From contig NIVC01000714.1 in the NCBI GenBank assembly GCA_002269645.1, positions 62,001-126,000 of the forward strand: a stretch of 64,000 nt of DNA. Reading direction: 5' to 3'. Below are positions 12,401-28,080 of this stretch, one piece after another. The DNA comes from Macrostomum lignano. Its lineage: Eukaryota. Numbering within the stretch: position 1 is the stretch's first letter; each line of letters opens with the position of its first letter. The notes under the pieces are model-generated. The model was given only the letters and a program-made list of their open reading frames with translations. It searched no databases and had not been told where the DNA came from. The position numbers and the translations under genes are program-made.

Positions 12401-13316
12401 CAGTGATGCTGTACAAGATTTCAGTGATGCTGTACAAGACATTAGTGACACTTTAGGGACACTTGTACAAGACTTTAGGGACACTTGTAAAAGACTTTAG
12501 TGACACTTGTACGAGACTTTAGTGATACTTGTACAATACTTTAGTGACACTTGCACAAGACTTAGGTGACACTTGTAGAAGACCTTAATGATAGGTCATA
12601 CTTGTACAAGATTTCAGTGATACTGTACAAGACTCTATAGTGACGCTAAAACTCGAGAGCAGGAGTATACCAGACCAAAAGTCTAGTACAAGAACTTCAC
12701 TGACGCCATGACCCCAACTCCCTCCACTGTCACCTTCGTAGCCATCCGAGCGCAGGTGTTGAGCATCCGTCGCCAGCGCCGCTGGATGCAGGTGTCCGCC
12801 AGAATCTTCCCGTACAGATGTCCCACTCGCAGCTGCCTGACCAGCCCGTCGGCCACCTTCTGGATCAAACGTCGACATTGGCGCTGCCGCTGTCCCAGGC
12901 TGCGCCGCGGCGCCACCTACTTGGTGATGACGCGCGACAAGCACCACCGGAAGCACCCGGACGACCTCGTGCTGGACAAACGATCCATTGTGCTCCGCTG
13001 GCAAGACAGCCAGCTCAACCAGCTCAGACAGTTTGAACGCTTCGTCGGGTACGACTACACCGCCGATGGCTGCGTCGACTGCGACTGCATCCGTCGGCGG
13101 CATCGGCAGCAGCGGCGACGGCGGCGCCAGCGCAGGCGGGGCAGCTCGGGCGGCAGGAAGGCCTCCTCCCGGATGCGGAAGCGGGACTCCAGATCCGCCG
13201 CCGCTGCCGCCGCCGCCGCCGCTGCCGGAGCCGCCGACGGAGCTGCCGCTTCTGCCGCTGTTTCGACGGCAAAGCCACCGAGGCAGACCTACCTTTACGG
13301 CGGCACAACGGACTGA
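2407..13316 (+). CDS. netrin: Netrin-family secreted axon-guidance protein (signal peptide, laminin N-terminal domain, 4 LE/EGF modules, Pro/Gln linker, NTR/C345C domain), about 798 aa
   Basis: Exons 2407-3451, 4850-5032, 5085-5285, 6690-6845, 8228-8371, 10540-10632 and 12742-13316. All junctions are GT-AG and phase 1, total 2397 nt in frame. Motifs: [68 protein letters not shown], and the NTR domain [45 protein letters not shown]. Confidence 0.93.
4290..4655. repeat. 16-bp minisatellite ACAGGTAGAGGCGTGC, netrin intron 1
   Basis: Tandem units seen directly. Confidence 0.9.
4850..5032 (+). CDS. netrin: netrin exon 2 (LE2a)
   Basis: Acceptor ctag|, encodes [36 protein letters not shown], donor |gtaaat. 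Confidence 0.9.
5085..5285 (+). CDS. netrin: netrin exon 3 (second LE2-type module, LE2b)
   Basis: Acceptor aacag|, encodes [43 protein letters not shown], donor |gtgagt. Not captured as such in the ORF track. Confidence 0.85.
5300..6252. repeat. About 20-bp minisatellite CAGGCGCCAAGTCTA(G/A)..AT, netrin intron 3
   Basis: Tandem units with higher-order variants. Confidence 0.92.
6690..6845 (+). CDS. netrin: netrin exon 4 (LE3)
   Basis: Acceptor ttttccaag|, encodes [46 protein letters not shown], donor |gtgagg. Confidence 0.9.
6925..7978. repeat. (AGAGACAC)n simple repeat, netrin intron 4
   Basis: Seen directly. Source of the spurious LCVS/RHRDT ORFs. Confidence 0.95.
8228..8371 (+). CDS. 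netrin: netrin exon 5 (Pro/Gln-rich linker)
   Basis: Acceptor ctttaag|, encodes [48 protein letters not shown], donor |gtgaat. Phase 1-1 and GC-rich. Not supported by homology. Confidence 0.65.
8470..9135. repeat. 19-bp minisatellite CTCTCCTCTCTCACTGTCA, netrin intron 5
   Basis: Seen directly. Confidence 0.93.
10540..10632 (+). CDS. netrin: netrin exon 6 (start of NTR domain)
   Basis: Acceptor ttctttgttttgcag|, encodes [31 protein letters not shown], donor |gtgagt. Matches the netrin C..C....K.YC..DYA pattern. Confidence 0.85.
10700..11187. repeat. 21-bp minisatellite AGGAAACAGAACAGGGAAAAC, netrin intron 6
   Basis: Seen directly. Confidence 0.93.
11585..11850. repeat. 27-bp minisatellite GATATGGCGCCAAATCTGGGACTGTTT, netrin intron 6
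   Basis: Seen directly. Confidence 0.88.
12360..12645. repeat. 22-bp minisatellite GACACTTGTACAAGACTTTAGT, netrin intron 6
   Basis: Seen directly, degenerate. Confidence 0.85.
12742..13316 (+). CDS. netrin: netrin exon 7 (NTR domain and Arg/Ala-rich tail)
   Basis: Acceptor ccttcgtag|, lies in ORF 12708-13316, stop TGA at 13314-13316. Confidence 0.88.
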
Positions 13317-13539
13317 ACACCGAGGTCGGTCTGGTCTGAGAAAAGTCGAAAACTAGAAAAAGATTGGCTTATATTTTGCGAGACGCGCGAGGCGAACTTA
13401 CTGGCTGCAGCTTTTGCCTCATTTTTTCAAATTTGTGTTTCCTTTTTTACGTTTTTTTGTTTTGTCAGTTTTTTCTTCTGCTGTCTCCTTGTGTTGTCAT
13501 CGGTAGTTCTGAATCGCTTAGGCTCTATATCTGGCGCTT

Positions 13540-14012
13540 AGTGTCTAAAAAGTGGCGCTTAGTAGCTCAAAAGTGGCGCTTAGTGGCTCAAAAGTGGCGC
13601 TTAGTGGCTCAAAAGTGGCACTTAGTGACTCAAAGGTGGCACTTAGTGGCTCAAAGGTGGCACTTAGTAGCTCAAAAGTGGCACTTAGTGACTCAAAAGT
13701 GGCACTTAGTAGCTCAAAAGTGGCACCTAGTGGCTCAAAAGTGGCACTTAGTGGCTCAAAAGTGGCGCTTATAGTGGCTCAAAAGTGGCACTTAGTGGCT
13801 TAAAAGTGGCGCTTATAGTGGCTCAAAAGTGGCGTTAGTGGCTCAAAAGTGGCGCTTATAGTGGCTCAAAAGTGGCACTTAGTGGCTTAAAAGTGGCGCT
13901 TATAGTGGCTCAAAAGTGGCGTTAGTGGCTCAAAAGTGGCGCTTATAGTGGCTCAAAAGTGGCACTTAGTGGCTCAAAAGTGGCACTTAGTGGCTCAAAA
14001 GTGGCGCTTAGT
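13540..14012. repeat. 21-bp minisatellite AAAAGTGGCACTTAGTGGCTC, downstream of the netrin stop
   Basis: Seen directly. Confidence 0.92.
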
Positions 14013-14879
14013 CAGGTTAAACGAGATCAAAACTGGCATCACGTGAGTCAAATATGGCAAAGTCAAAAGCCCCCTCCCCTCAGCTTCCTGTCATATTCGT
14101 GCGTCTTAACTTGTTTCTGCTTTGAATCCAGTGGACTCATCTTCAACTTTAATATTTTCTTGTTTTGCTGTCAGACCAACCGAAGGCGGTTACAACTTAC
14201 CTCATTGCACTTGCTGTCTGCCTGTTGTTTCTGACTCTGTAATCATTTGAAATCATTTTTCTATTCAGTGTTATAATGCTGACTGGGTTTTTATTGTTTT
14301 TCATTTAATTTTGCGCTTTTTTGTTTAACTGCTCTTTGCAAAAGAAATTAGTATTCGAACTAGCTGACCCCATCAGACCCCTGTAAATAGCTTTGGTTGC
14401 GATGGCAACTGTATTGCAAAAATAATTTAACATTTTAAACCCCAGCTCTTGTCTATAACAAAATAGTTCACTTTTGTGTTGATATTAATTACTAACTAAT
14501 GTGTTACAATACTTATATACATACGGTACTAATTTTGGTAGTAACGAAGCCTACAAAGTCATCAATATAGTATAATTGTAACTTTATTTTAACACGTTCG
14601 ATCCACTTTAAGCACACTTATTCTACTTACTTAGATGTTGGCGTTTAGCTACTGTTATTAGTAGTGCATATTGGCTTCTTATAAACGAAAACTTATCAAA
14701 TTAATGGTAATCGAAAATTATTGAATGTGCTGTTCTTGCAAAAATAAATTTTGGTTAATTAAATAAATTGCTTCTTAGTAGTCGCGGCCCTCAGTTAACT
14801 GGAATTTGGCATTGTGCCAGACTTTACTGATAACATATACCGAAATGCTGATGCATGCCAAAGAGAGATACAGCTGAGA

Positions 14880-15535
14880 AAGAAAGGAAGAAGGGAGACC
14901 GAAGGGAGGGTGAAGTGAGGGCGAAGAGAGAGCATAGAAGTATAGAGAGGGAGAAAAGAAGGTATAGAGAAGGCGAAGAGAGGGTGTGAAGGGAGGGTGA
15001 AGAGAGGGTGTGAAGGGAGGGTGAAGAGAGGGTATAGAGAGGGCGAAGAGGGGGTGAAGGGATTACGAAGAGAGGGTGAAGGGATTACAAAGAGAGGGTG
15101 AAGGGATTACAAAGAGATGGTGAAGGGATTACAAAGAGAGGGGGTGAAGGGAGGGTGAAGAGAGGGTATAGAGAGGGCGAAGAGGGGGTGAAGGGATTAC
15201 GAAGAGAGGGTGAAGGGATTACAAAGAGAGGGTGAAGGGATTACAAAGAGATGGTGAAGGGATTACAAAGAGAGGGTGAAGGGATTACAAAGAGAGGGTG
15301 AAGGGATTACAAAGAGAGGGTGAAGGGATTACAAAGAGAGGGTGACGGGAGTACGAAGAAAGGGGGAATGGTGGGCGAAGGGAGGGCGAAGGGAGGGCGA
15401 AGAGAGGGCCAAGGGAGGGCCAAGGGAGGGCGAAGGGCGGGCGAAGGGAGGGCGAAGGGCAGGCGAAGGGAGGGCGAAGGGAGGGCGAAGGGAGGGCGAA
15501 GGGAGGGCGAAGGGAGGGCGAAGGGAAAAGGAGAG
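14880..15535. repeat. Purine-rich compound array (22-bp GAAGGGATTACAAAGAGAGGGT followed by 11-bp GAAGGGAGGGC)
   Basis: Seen directly. Confidence 0.88.
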
Positions 15536-16952
15536 GGTTCATAAGCTCCTCTTAACATCTGAAAGTTTACAAGTGGAGTCTTAGTTAATTCTGCTCCCAT
15601 CATGAACCTCGCGAAGTGTTCCAGCCAAATGCAGACAGTAACAAGGGCAGACTGCAAGACTAGAAGAGCAGAATAGCAGAATAAGAAGCTTTCTGATTAC
15701 TGTTTACCTGCCAGTGTGAGCACGTGACCCTACAGCTCAAGGCTGGCCAGGTGTGTAGATGCGCCGGAAATTCCATCTCGAACCAGCCGACCTCAAAAGT
15801 GCGCACGGCTGCTCAAACACACACGCAAACACACCCCCTGACACACCTCACACTCCCATGAACCTCGAGAGGATCGAGATTTACGTCAGGCAAATTAGGA
15901 GAGTATAGACATCCGCAGGCTTTTGCAATTTCCTGGAGGCTGCTGCTGCTTCTGCGGTTCGGGAAAATTCCTTTCATCCGTGTTTCTGCGTTAATCAAAA
16001 TTCCCAGTTGGAGAAGCCTAAGCCTTAGTTATTTTATGGGAAACACTGCAGGATCCACTTTGCAAAGTCCTCTAATGGACTTGCTTGTCTTTATAGAGCT
16101 GCTTTGGAACTGCAAAAGGAACTCTCGGGTGATTGGCGGCGCTTTCTTGGCTTCCTGTTTTGTACTTCATCTGCGCAGCGTTGTGGACTGGGAAAAATCT
16201 GTTCACAAAGGCTAGAGAGAGAGAGGGGGGCGCATATCTATTTTTTTACAATATTTGACACCACAAATAAACTTGACGACTGTGACCTGACCTGAGCCCA
16301 AGAGAAGAAACGACGAGAAATTAAATTTAAAATAACGATGTACGTGCACATTCATTAGATGTCAGCGAAGCTGATGGACACCGAAGGTACCATCCATGCA
16401 TTCGTGTCTTCACGCATGCAAGCCGCCGTAGCATATCAGAACGGCAAAACGATGGCTGCACCACCATCTGGGACACTGGCGTCCTCAGGCAGCGGTGTGA
16501 GGATTCTGCGACGCTATCAAGTACGAGTAAAATGTACTTGCGACTTCAGCAAGCCCGATCCCAGTCTGGCACAGGAAGCAGATGCGCACTCTGCATCAAA
16601 ATCCTCCCTCAGACTTGTGCTGCTCTCCTCAGTCCAGCAGCAACTCTTTTTGTCGAGGCTCCGCTTCGTGTTTGTAGGTATTCATCGTACATTAGGACCA
16701 CAAAAGATGTACATCACCTGACTGACTGGCGCCTCGCTTATCCAGCCTCATATTTTAGACCCGTAGCCTCGGGAGTCGAGAATATTCTGCACTGCACTCA
16801 CTTTAGGGGAGGGGCTAAATCATTAAAATACCCTTAAAAATATCCACGCAATAAATCACCCGAGCTCAAGTTGCATTCAGTTTGTGCCAGACACGTGCAT
16901 TTAAAATGCGCTCTTGCACCAGGGTCAAGCAGGGGAAATGCGCGCTTGTCCA

Positions 16953-17260
16953 GAGGGAGAGAGAGAGAGAGGGAGAGGGAGGGAGAGGGAGAGGGAGAGA
17001 GAGCGAGAGGGAGAGAGAGGGAGAGAAGGAGAGAAGGAGAGAGGGAGAGAGGGAGAGAGGAGAGGGAGAGAGAGGGAGAGAGAGCGAGAGAGGGAGAGAG
17101 GGAGAGAGAGAGGGAGAGAAGGAAAGAAGGAGAGAGGGAGAGGGAGAGAGGGAGAGAGGGAGAGAGGGAGAGAGGGAGAGAGAGGGGGAGAGAGAGGAAG
17201 CGAGGGAGAGAGGGAGAGAGGGAGAGAGAGGGGGAGAGAGAGGGAGAGAGGGAGAGTGGG
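16953..17260. repeat. GA-rich simple repeat
   Basis: Seen directly. Confidence 0.93.
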
Positions 17261-17533
17261 AAGGCCTGTGAAATGGGGAGACAGGGCAAAACCGAAAGCA
17301 AGAGCCACTGCCACTGCCGTATTTACCGTCAAGATGCTTGAGCTCCCCAATTCGCTGAAGAGTTTTGCCGCAGTATATCGCAATCTGCAGCTAAATGATT
17401 CAAATTCACAAACAGTTTATACTCGTATTTAATGACGGATTTCCACAAGTGTTTTACAGGTAGCTACGAGTATATACTCGTGTGTCTCTATTGATCTCAG
17501 TAAAATTGACTCTTTCGTTGCCAAGCTGCATGC

Positions 17534-20025
17534 TCAAACGCTCGAGTCGACGAAGCATTTCAGCGCCTGAGCTTCGTCTGGTGGCATGAGCTGCCCATTT
17601 CTTGGAATTTGCTGCTCCTGCTGCTTCTGCTGCGGCTCCAGAAGCTGCTGCTGCTGCTGTTGGTTCTCAATTCGTCTCATCTGCTGAGCCGAGCTTTCCG
17701 CCTCGTTGCCATAGCAACCAGCCAAACAGCTGGGCAGCATCTGCACCAGACATGTCTTGAACCTGTTGTTACTGGCAACGTAGATGAAGAAGTTGCAGCT
17801 TCCGTCCAGTGAGCCAACGGCATTGGAGACCAGCGTCAGGGCGATGTACACACCTGGGGTCAGGTGGGTCAGGGTGATGTACACACCTGGGGTCAGGTTG
17901 GTCAGGGCGATGTACACACCTGGGGTCAGGTTGGTCAGGTTGATGTACACACCTGGGGTCAGGTTAGTCAGGGCTATGTACACACCTGGGGTCAGTTTGG
18001 TCAGGGCCATGTACACACCTGGGGTCAGTTTGGTCAGGGCTATGTACACACCTGGGGTCAGTTTGGTCAGGGCTATGTACACACCTGGGGTCAGTTTGGT
18101 CAGGGCCATGTACACACCTGGGGTCAGTTTGGTCAGGGCCATGTACACACCTGGGGTCAGTTTGGTCAGGGCTATGTACACACCTGGGGTCAGTTTGGTC
18201 AGGGCTATGTACACACCTGGGGTCAAGTGGGTCAGAGTGATGTACACACCTGGGGTCAGGTTGGTCAGGGCGATGACGCCCCAGGCCAGCTGCGGCAGCT
18301 GGCAGGCGATGTACAAGTTGGTGAGCATGAGCACAGTTCTGGTAGCCTGTCCGCTTCTCTGCTCGGCGCACCGTCTGGCCCGGTGTCCCTGGCCGTGCTG
18401 GCTGCGCAGCTCCCGGCCGGACCGGCGCACCCGCAGCACCGTCAGCCAGTTGCACACGCAGGCGGCCAGCACGGGGCCGCCGATCTGCAGGCCGAAGTTC
18501 ACCAAGCCGGTGTACATCCTGGTCAGCTTGGTGGTGGCGATCTCAGCGTAGTGCAGGCCGTCTGGACAGGCGGCCAGCCGGAGGTTGACCTCCATGAAGC
18601 GCGGGGTGCCGAGCGTCAGGGCGAGGATGCAGAGGCCGATTGTCACGCATTTGAGGTGGCGTCGGAGCGGCAGAGAGCGGCTTCTGTGGTTTGTAGAAGT
18701 TTCAGGTGCTTTCTTTAGGGCCGCGCACGAAATCGAACCATGGGGGTCGTGGCGCTACCCCTAGTAGTAAGAGTGACTCAGGTGGGACTCAGGTGTATCA
18801 TAGCTGACGCATTAAATGGCACTTTATCTCGAACAGCGAGATTGAATTATTCAATGTACCATGCAAGGTGACATTGGATTTTGACATTTCTTTACCGTCT
18901 AATCATCTCCTTTCAGGCTAAGTGCTGCAGTGGCGACAGAGCGCTTTTGCGGGCCTTTCAGCTGATTAAAGAAGCCGGATCCAATTAGCTAAATAACAGC
19001 CCACAGCTCTGCTACAAAATGACAGGGCGACACAGAATCGGTTCTTGGGTTTTTAATCTTCAAATTGCAACCCTGGATCATATTATCTAGCCTTAAATCA
19101 TGTGTTTGATTTCTGCGAAGCAGCTTGCTTGCCGATGGGGTGGTGGGTCAGTTATTGCGCACAAGTGGTGAAGCAGCTTGCCGATTGGGGTGGTGGGTCA
19201 GTCAGTGCGCACTACTAACTAACTAAATAAGTAATACGGCGCCTCAGCCATTGAACAGGCTCTTACGCCACAAGACTGACCCAAACAGGGCTGGTGGTGG
19301 GTCAGTCAGTGCGCACAAGTGAAGCGGCTCGCTTATCAATTGGGGTGTTGGGGTGGTGGGTCAGTCAGTGTGCACAAGTAAAGCGGCTCGCTTATCAATT
19401 GGGATGTTGGGGTGGTGGGTCAGTCAGTGCGCACAAGCGAAGCGGCTCGCTTATCGATTGGGGTGGTGGGTCAGGCCATAATTAAAGTCCAAAATTTAAC
19501 TGAGTGCGGGCTGGCAGCTATCGCCTATTATTTAATGTCATTAATTAATGAATTGAATGAAGGTGCAAACCTTAGGGGAGCGTAGATCTTGATGACTCTG
19601 GACAGAGCGATGAGCAGCATCAGCCAGTTGTGCGCCATCACCAGCGAGACTCTCAGCGCCCAAGCTGGCGGGTGCAGGTAGGCCAATGCCAGGTAGAACT
19701 CCCTAGAATGGCCGCCGCTCACCTGGAGCGTATGGCAGGCATTGTCTAGAAGGTTCAGCAGTACATAGAGCGTGTCCGGCACGGCCAGGTAGCGAAGTAA
19801 CCTGGCCAGCTCAGACTGAGCTCCCGCTCGAGTCAGCACCGCATAGGACAGGCTGTTGAGCAGTATTCCAGCGCCTGTGAGCAGCATCTGCGCCAGGTTC
19901 AGTAAGACTACCAGAGCCAGTAGTGGCCCGCTGCTCTGGTACCTGTAGTCCGCCTCGGTGCAGTTGACGATTTCCACGAATCTGTAGTACACGGCCGGGG
20001 CCGGAGTCCTGCCTGGGGCGAGCAT
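17534..20025 (-). CDS. Class A (rhodopsin-like) peptide GPCR, FMRFamide-receptor/Srw-like. About 534 aa with the internal repeat, about 402 aa without it
   Basis: Exons 20025-19571 (donor CTAAG|gtttgc) and 18683-17534 (acceptor accacag|), in frame. Seven hydrophobic segments: GILLNSLSYAVL, LRYLAVPD, LIALSRVIKIYAPLR, LGTPRFME, GPVLAACVCNWL, CQLPQL, DGSCNFFIY. Confidence 0.85.
17854..18270 (-). repeat. 33-bp in-frame tandem repeat (GVYIALTKLTP, 12 extra units) inside GPCR exon 2
   Basis: 13 occurrences of CCCCAGGTGTGTAC on the minus strand at 33-nt spacing. Confidence 0.95.
19120..19475. repeat. Degenerate about 45-55-bp repeat (..GGGGTGGTGGGTCAGTCAGTGCGCACAAG..) in the GPCR intron
   Basis: About 6 imperfect copies. 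Confidence 0.75.
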
Positions 20026-20311
20026 GTCAGTCAGTAAAAGAGCCTCTCACACGGGAATCTGCAAGAGAATTCTATTACCTGCTACTCCCCTTCGGCCTGC
20101 CCGCTCACCTGGCTTTAGTAGCCATGCTCGGCTGAGTCAGCAAGCCGGTTCGCTTTGCCGCGATTGGCCCAGCCAATATGGAAATTTTCCAAGGTAAAAT
20201 TCCAATTATGCTAGTTAGCCGGCTGGAGCATGTGATGCCAAGACTGACTTGGAATTTTGCTATTGAATTATCGCGTGAGCTTCTGTGCGCAACCCGTAAC
20301 AATACCTTATA

Positions 20312-20590
20312 ACAGGTAGGTGATACACCTGTCTAGCAGGTGACGCCATCCTGTCTAACAGGTGGCACACCTATCTAACAGGTGACGCCATCCTATCTAA
20401 CAGGTGACGCCATCCTGTCTAACAGGTGACGCCATCCTATCTAACAGGTGACACAATCCTGTCTTACAGGTGGCACCATCCCGTCTAACAGGTGGGCACT
20501 ATTCGGTCCAACAGGTGTCACCATTATGTCTAGCAGGTGACACAATCACCAGGTGACACCATCCTGTCTAACAGGTGACACTATATTGTC
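20312..20590. repeat. 22-bp minisatellite AACAGGTGACGCCATCCTGTCT (contains an E-box), upstream of the GPCR
   Basis: About 13 CAGGTG/CACCTG motifs counted. Confidence 0.85.
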
Positions 20591-21111
20591 TAACACCTAT
20601 ATAATTGGCAACCGGTTACTATATGCACCTACATGCATGCACATTTGGATGCAGCAGATGTATATTCAAGTAGATTTGTATCAAGTAAATTTTCAGTTAC
20701 GATACGAGCTATTTAAACTATCGTAAGCTAATTCACACAAGAATTGTCACTCAACAGAGGCCGTCTTAAACAGGCGATTTGAAATACATAAACCATAATT
20801 TCTGAGAGGACTCACAAGAGTGCATGAAAGCAGTCCATAATATAAAAGCCTATACAATATCAAGCAAAAGATATTGTTATATCTTTATAATAAGTATCGT
20901 TAGTACCAAGCAAAAGGATAGCTTTGGTGCTGATGGCTCAATATTAATTAATTATCAAGACAGATCATTCCTTTTAGACGATTTTTCGTCCATCGAAACT
21001 TTCATGTGCATCGCCTATTACTCGCAATATCACTTTCAAGTAGCATTATTAGAACTTAAAATTCGGAAATAGTATTAAAAAATAAATGATCCCTACTACT
21101 TTGTAGGGATA

Positions 21112-22880
21112 TGACCAATTGATGCAGCAATACCTGGATGACCCAATTGATGCAGCAATTCCTGGATGACCCAGTTGATGCAGCAATACCTGGATGAACC
21201 AATTGATGCAGCAATACCTGGATGAACCAATTGATGCAGCAATACCTGGATGACCCAATTGATGCAGCAATTCCTGGATGACCCAGTTGATGCAGCAATA
21301 CCTGGATGACCCAATTGATGCAGCAATACCTGGATGAACCAATTGATGCAGCAATACCTGGATGACCCAATTGATGCAGCAATTCCTGGATGACCCAGTT
21401 GATGCAGCAATACCTGGATGACCCAATTGATGCAGCAATACCTGGATGAACCAATTGATGCAGCAATACCTGGATGACCCAGTTGATGCAGCAATACCTG
21501 GATGACCCAGTTGATGCAGCAATACCTGGATGAACCAATTGATGCAGCAATACCTGGATGACCCAGTTGATGCAGCAATACCTGGATGACCCAGTTGATG
21601 CAGCAATACCTGGATGAACCAATTGATGCAGCAATACCTGGATGACCCAATTGATGCAGCAATACCTGGATGACCCAATTGATGCAGCAATACCTGGATG
21701 AACCAATTGATGCAGCAATACCTGGATGAACCAATTGATGCAGCAATACCTGGATGACCCAATTGATGCAGCAATACCTGGATGACCCAGTTGATGCAGC
21801 AATACCTGGATGACCCAATTGATGCAGCAATACCTGGATGAACCAATTGATGCAGCAATACCTGGATGACCCAATTGATGCAGCAATTCCTGGATGACCC
21901 AGTTGATGCAGCAATACCTGGATGACCCAATTGATGCAGCAATACCTGGATGAACCAATTGATGCAGCAATACCTGGATGACCCAATTGATGCAGCAATT
22001 CCTGGATGACCCAGTTGATGCAGCAATACCTGGATGACCCAATTGATGCAGCAATACCTGGATGAACCAATTGATGCAGCAATACCTGGATGACCCAGTT
22101 GATGCAGCAATACCTGGATGACCCAGTTGATGCAGCAATACCTGGATGAACCAATTGATGCAGCAATACCTGGATGACCCAGTTGATGCAGCAATACCTG
22201 GATGACCCAGTTGATGCAGCAATACCTGGATGAACCAATTGATGCAGCAATACCTGGATGACCCAATTGATGCAGCAATACCTGGATGAACCAATTGATG
22301 CAGCAATACCTGGATGAACCAATTGATGCAGCAATACCTGGATGACCCAATTGATGCAGCAATACCTGGATGACCCAATTGATGCAGCAATACCTGGATG
22401 AACCAATTGATGCAGCAATACCTGGATGACCCTATTGATGCAGCAATACCTGGATGACCCAATTGATGCAGCAATACCTGGATGACCCAGTTGATTCAGC
22501 AATACCTGGATGACTTAATTGATGCAGCAATACCTGGATGACTTAATTGATGCAGCAATACCTGGATGACCCAATTGATGCAGCAATACCTGGATGACCC
22601 AGTTGATTCAGCAATACCTGGATGACTTAATTGATGCAGCAATACCTGGATGACTTAATTGATGCAGCAATACCTAGATGAACCAATTGATGCAGCAATA
22701 CCTGGATGAACCAATTAATGCAGCAATACCTGGATGAACCAATTAATGCAGCAATACCTGGATGAACCAATTGATGCAGCAATACCTGGATGACTTAATT
22801 GATGCAGCAATACCTGGATGACTTAATTGATGCAGCAATACCTGGATGACTTAATTGATGCAGCAATACCTGGATGACCC
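21112..22880. repeat. 28-bp minisatellite GATGCAGCAATACCTGGATGACCCAATT (about 63 copies), intergenic
   Basis: Highly homogeneous. Source of three overlapping spurious ORFs. Confidence 0.95.
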
Positions 22881-23872
22881 AATTGCTTCAATTTTTGAAA
22901 GTTTATTTACTAAAACTAGTGAAATGCTTAATCAGGAATATAATTATAAATATAGTTTATATAGCAAAAGCATATATATTTATACATATATTTGTATCAT
23001 ATTTTAATATGAGTATATTAATATATAAAAGTCTTGATAAAAAATCGTTCAAACGTTTCGTGGCATACAGCAGTGCATTGTGGCTCTGGGTGCAAAATTT
23101 TACATATCAATGTGCTCGAACTTGAAATTGAAAAAAAAAGAAAATTTAAGCACGACTTCAGGTGAACGAGGAGTCAAGTTAATAATTAATATTCTCGAAC
23201 TACGGGACACAACAGGCTGGGACCTCCAACTAGCAACCTTCTGGCTGTTGCGGACTTGAAATTCGATTCATCACCAAAGGTTAAAAAAGTTCAAAGAGGA
23301 CCGAAAATTCTAAAAAAATTGAAAAGGTTTTTTCCTAAGTTAATTACCAACAAAAAACTAAACAGAAATTCAATAACTTTGTATACACGAGAAAAACACA
23401 CGCAATCGAAGACACATCGAATCGAATTTTGAGCGAATAAAAACTTCGTGATGCAGCATGAACAGTTAAAAATGAAAAACAATAATTAATAAAGCTGCGC
23501 GGAAGCCTTCGTTTCTTAGAAAAAATTGGTTGAATAGCACACGGAAATAATCAATCATTATAATACATAATTAACTGCCAAGTACTCAGTTAATTTCTTT
23601 TATTACCCAAGCTGAGATTCCACAACAGGAGCCGGTGTAACCTGGGTTCGAATCCGCGTACGAGGCCAACATTATTATAACGGTTCTTGATTCTCACTAA
23701 AAATAACTTGATCCCGTATTGACCAAGGTAAAAGGCCGGAGTAAGTATAACTGTAATGCTACAGCCTAATGCCTCGTCAGCTAATCAGTTAGTACATTCG
23801 TCAACCTTTCGCGGTGTAAAGCCAGGTCATAACAAACCATTCAGCTGTATTAAAAAAAAACCGCACGCAGGA

Positions 23873-28080
<4,208 letters not shown>

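Noticed and set aside
2407-13316. Laminin chain as an alternative identity for the first gene
   Set aside because: It terminates in an NTR/C345C domain, with no laminin IV or coiled-coil region.
21049-22502. Three long ORFs (437-472 aa) in all minus-strand frames
   Set aside because: They are translations of a stop-free 28-bp minisatellite, with no unique coding sequence or splice context.
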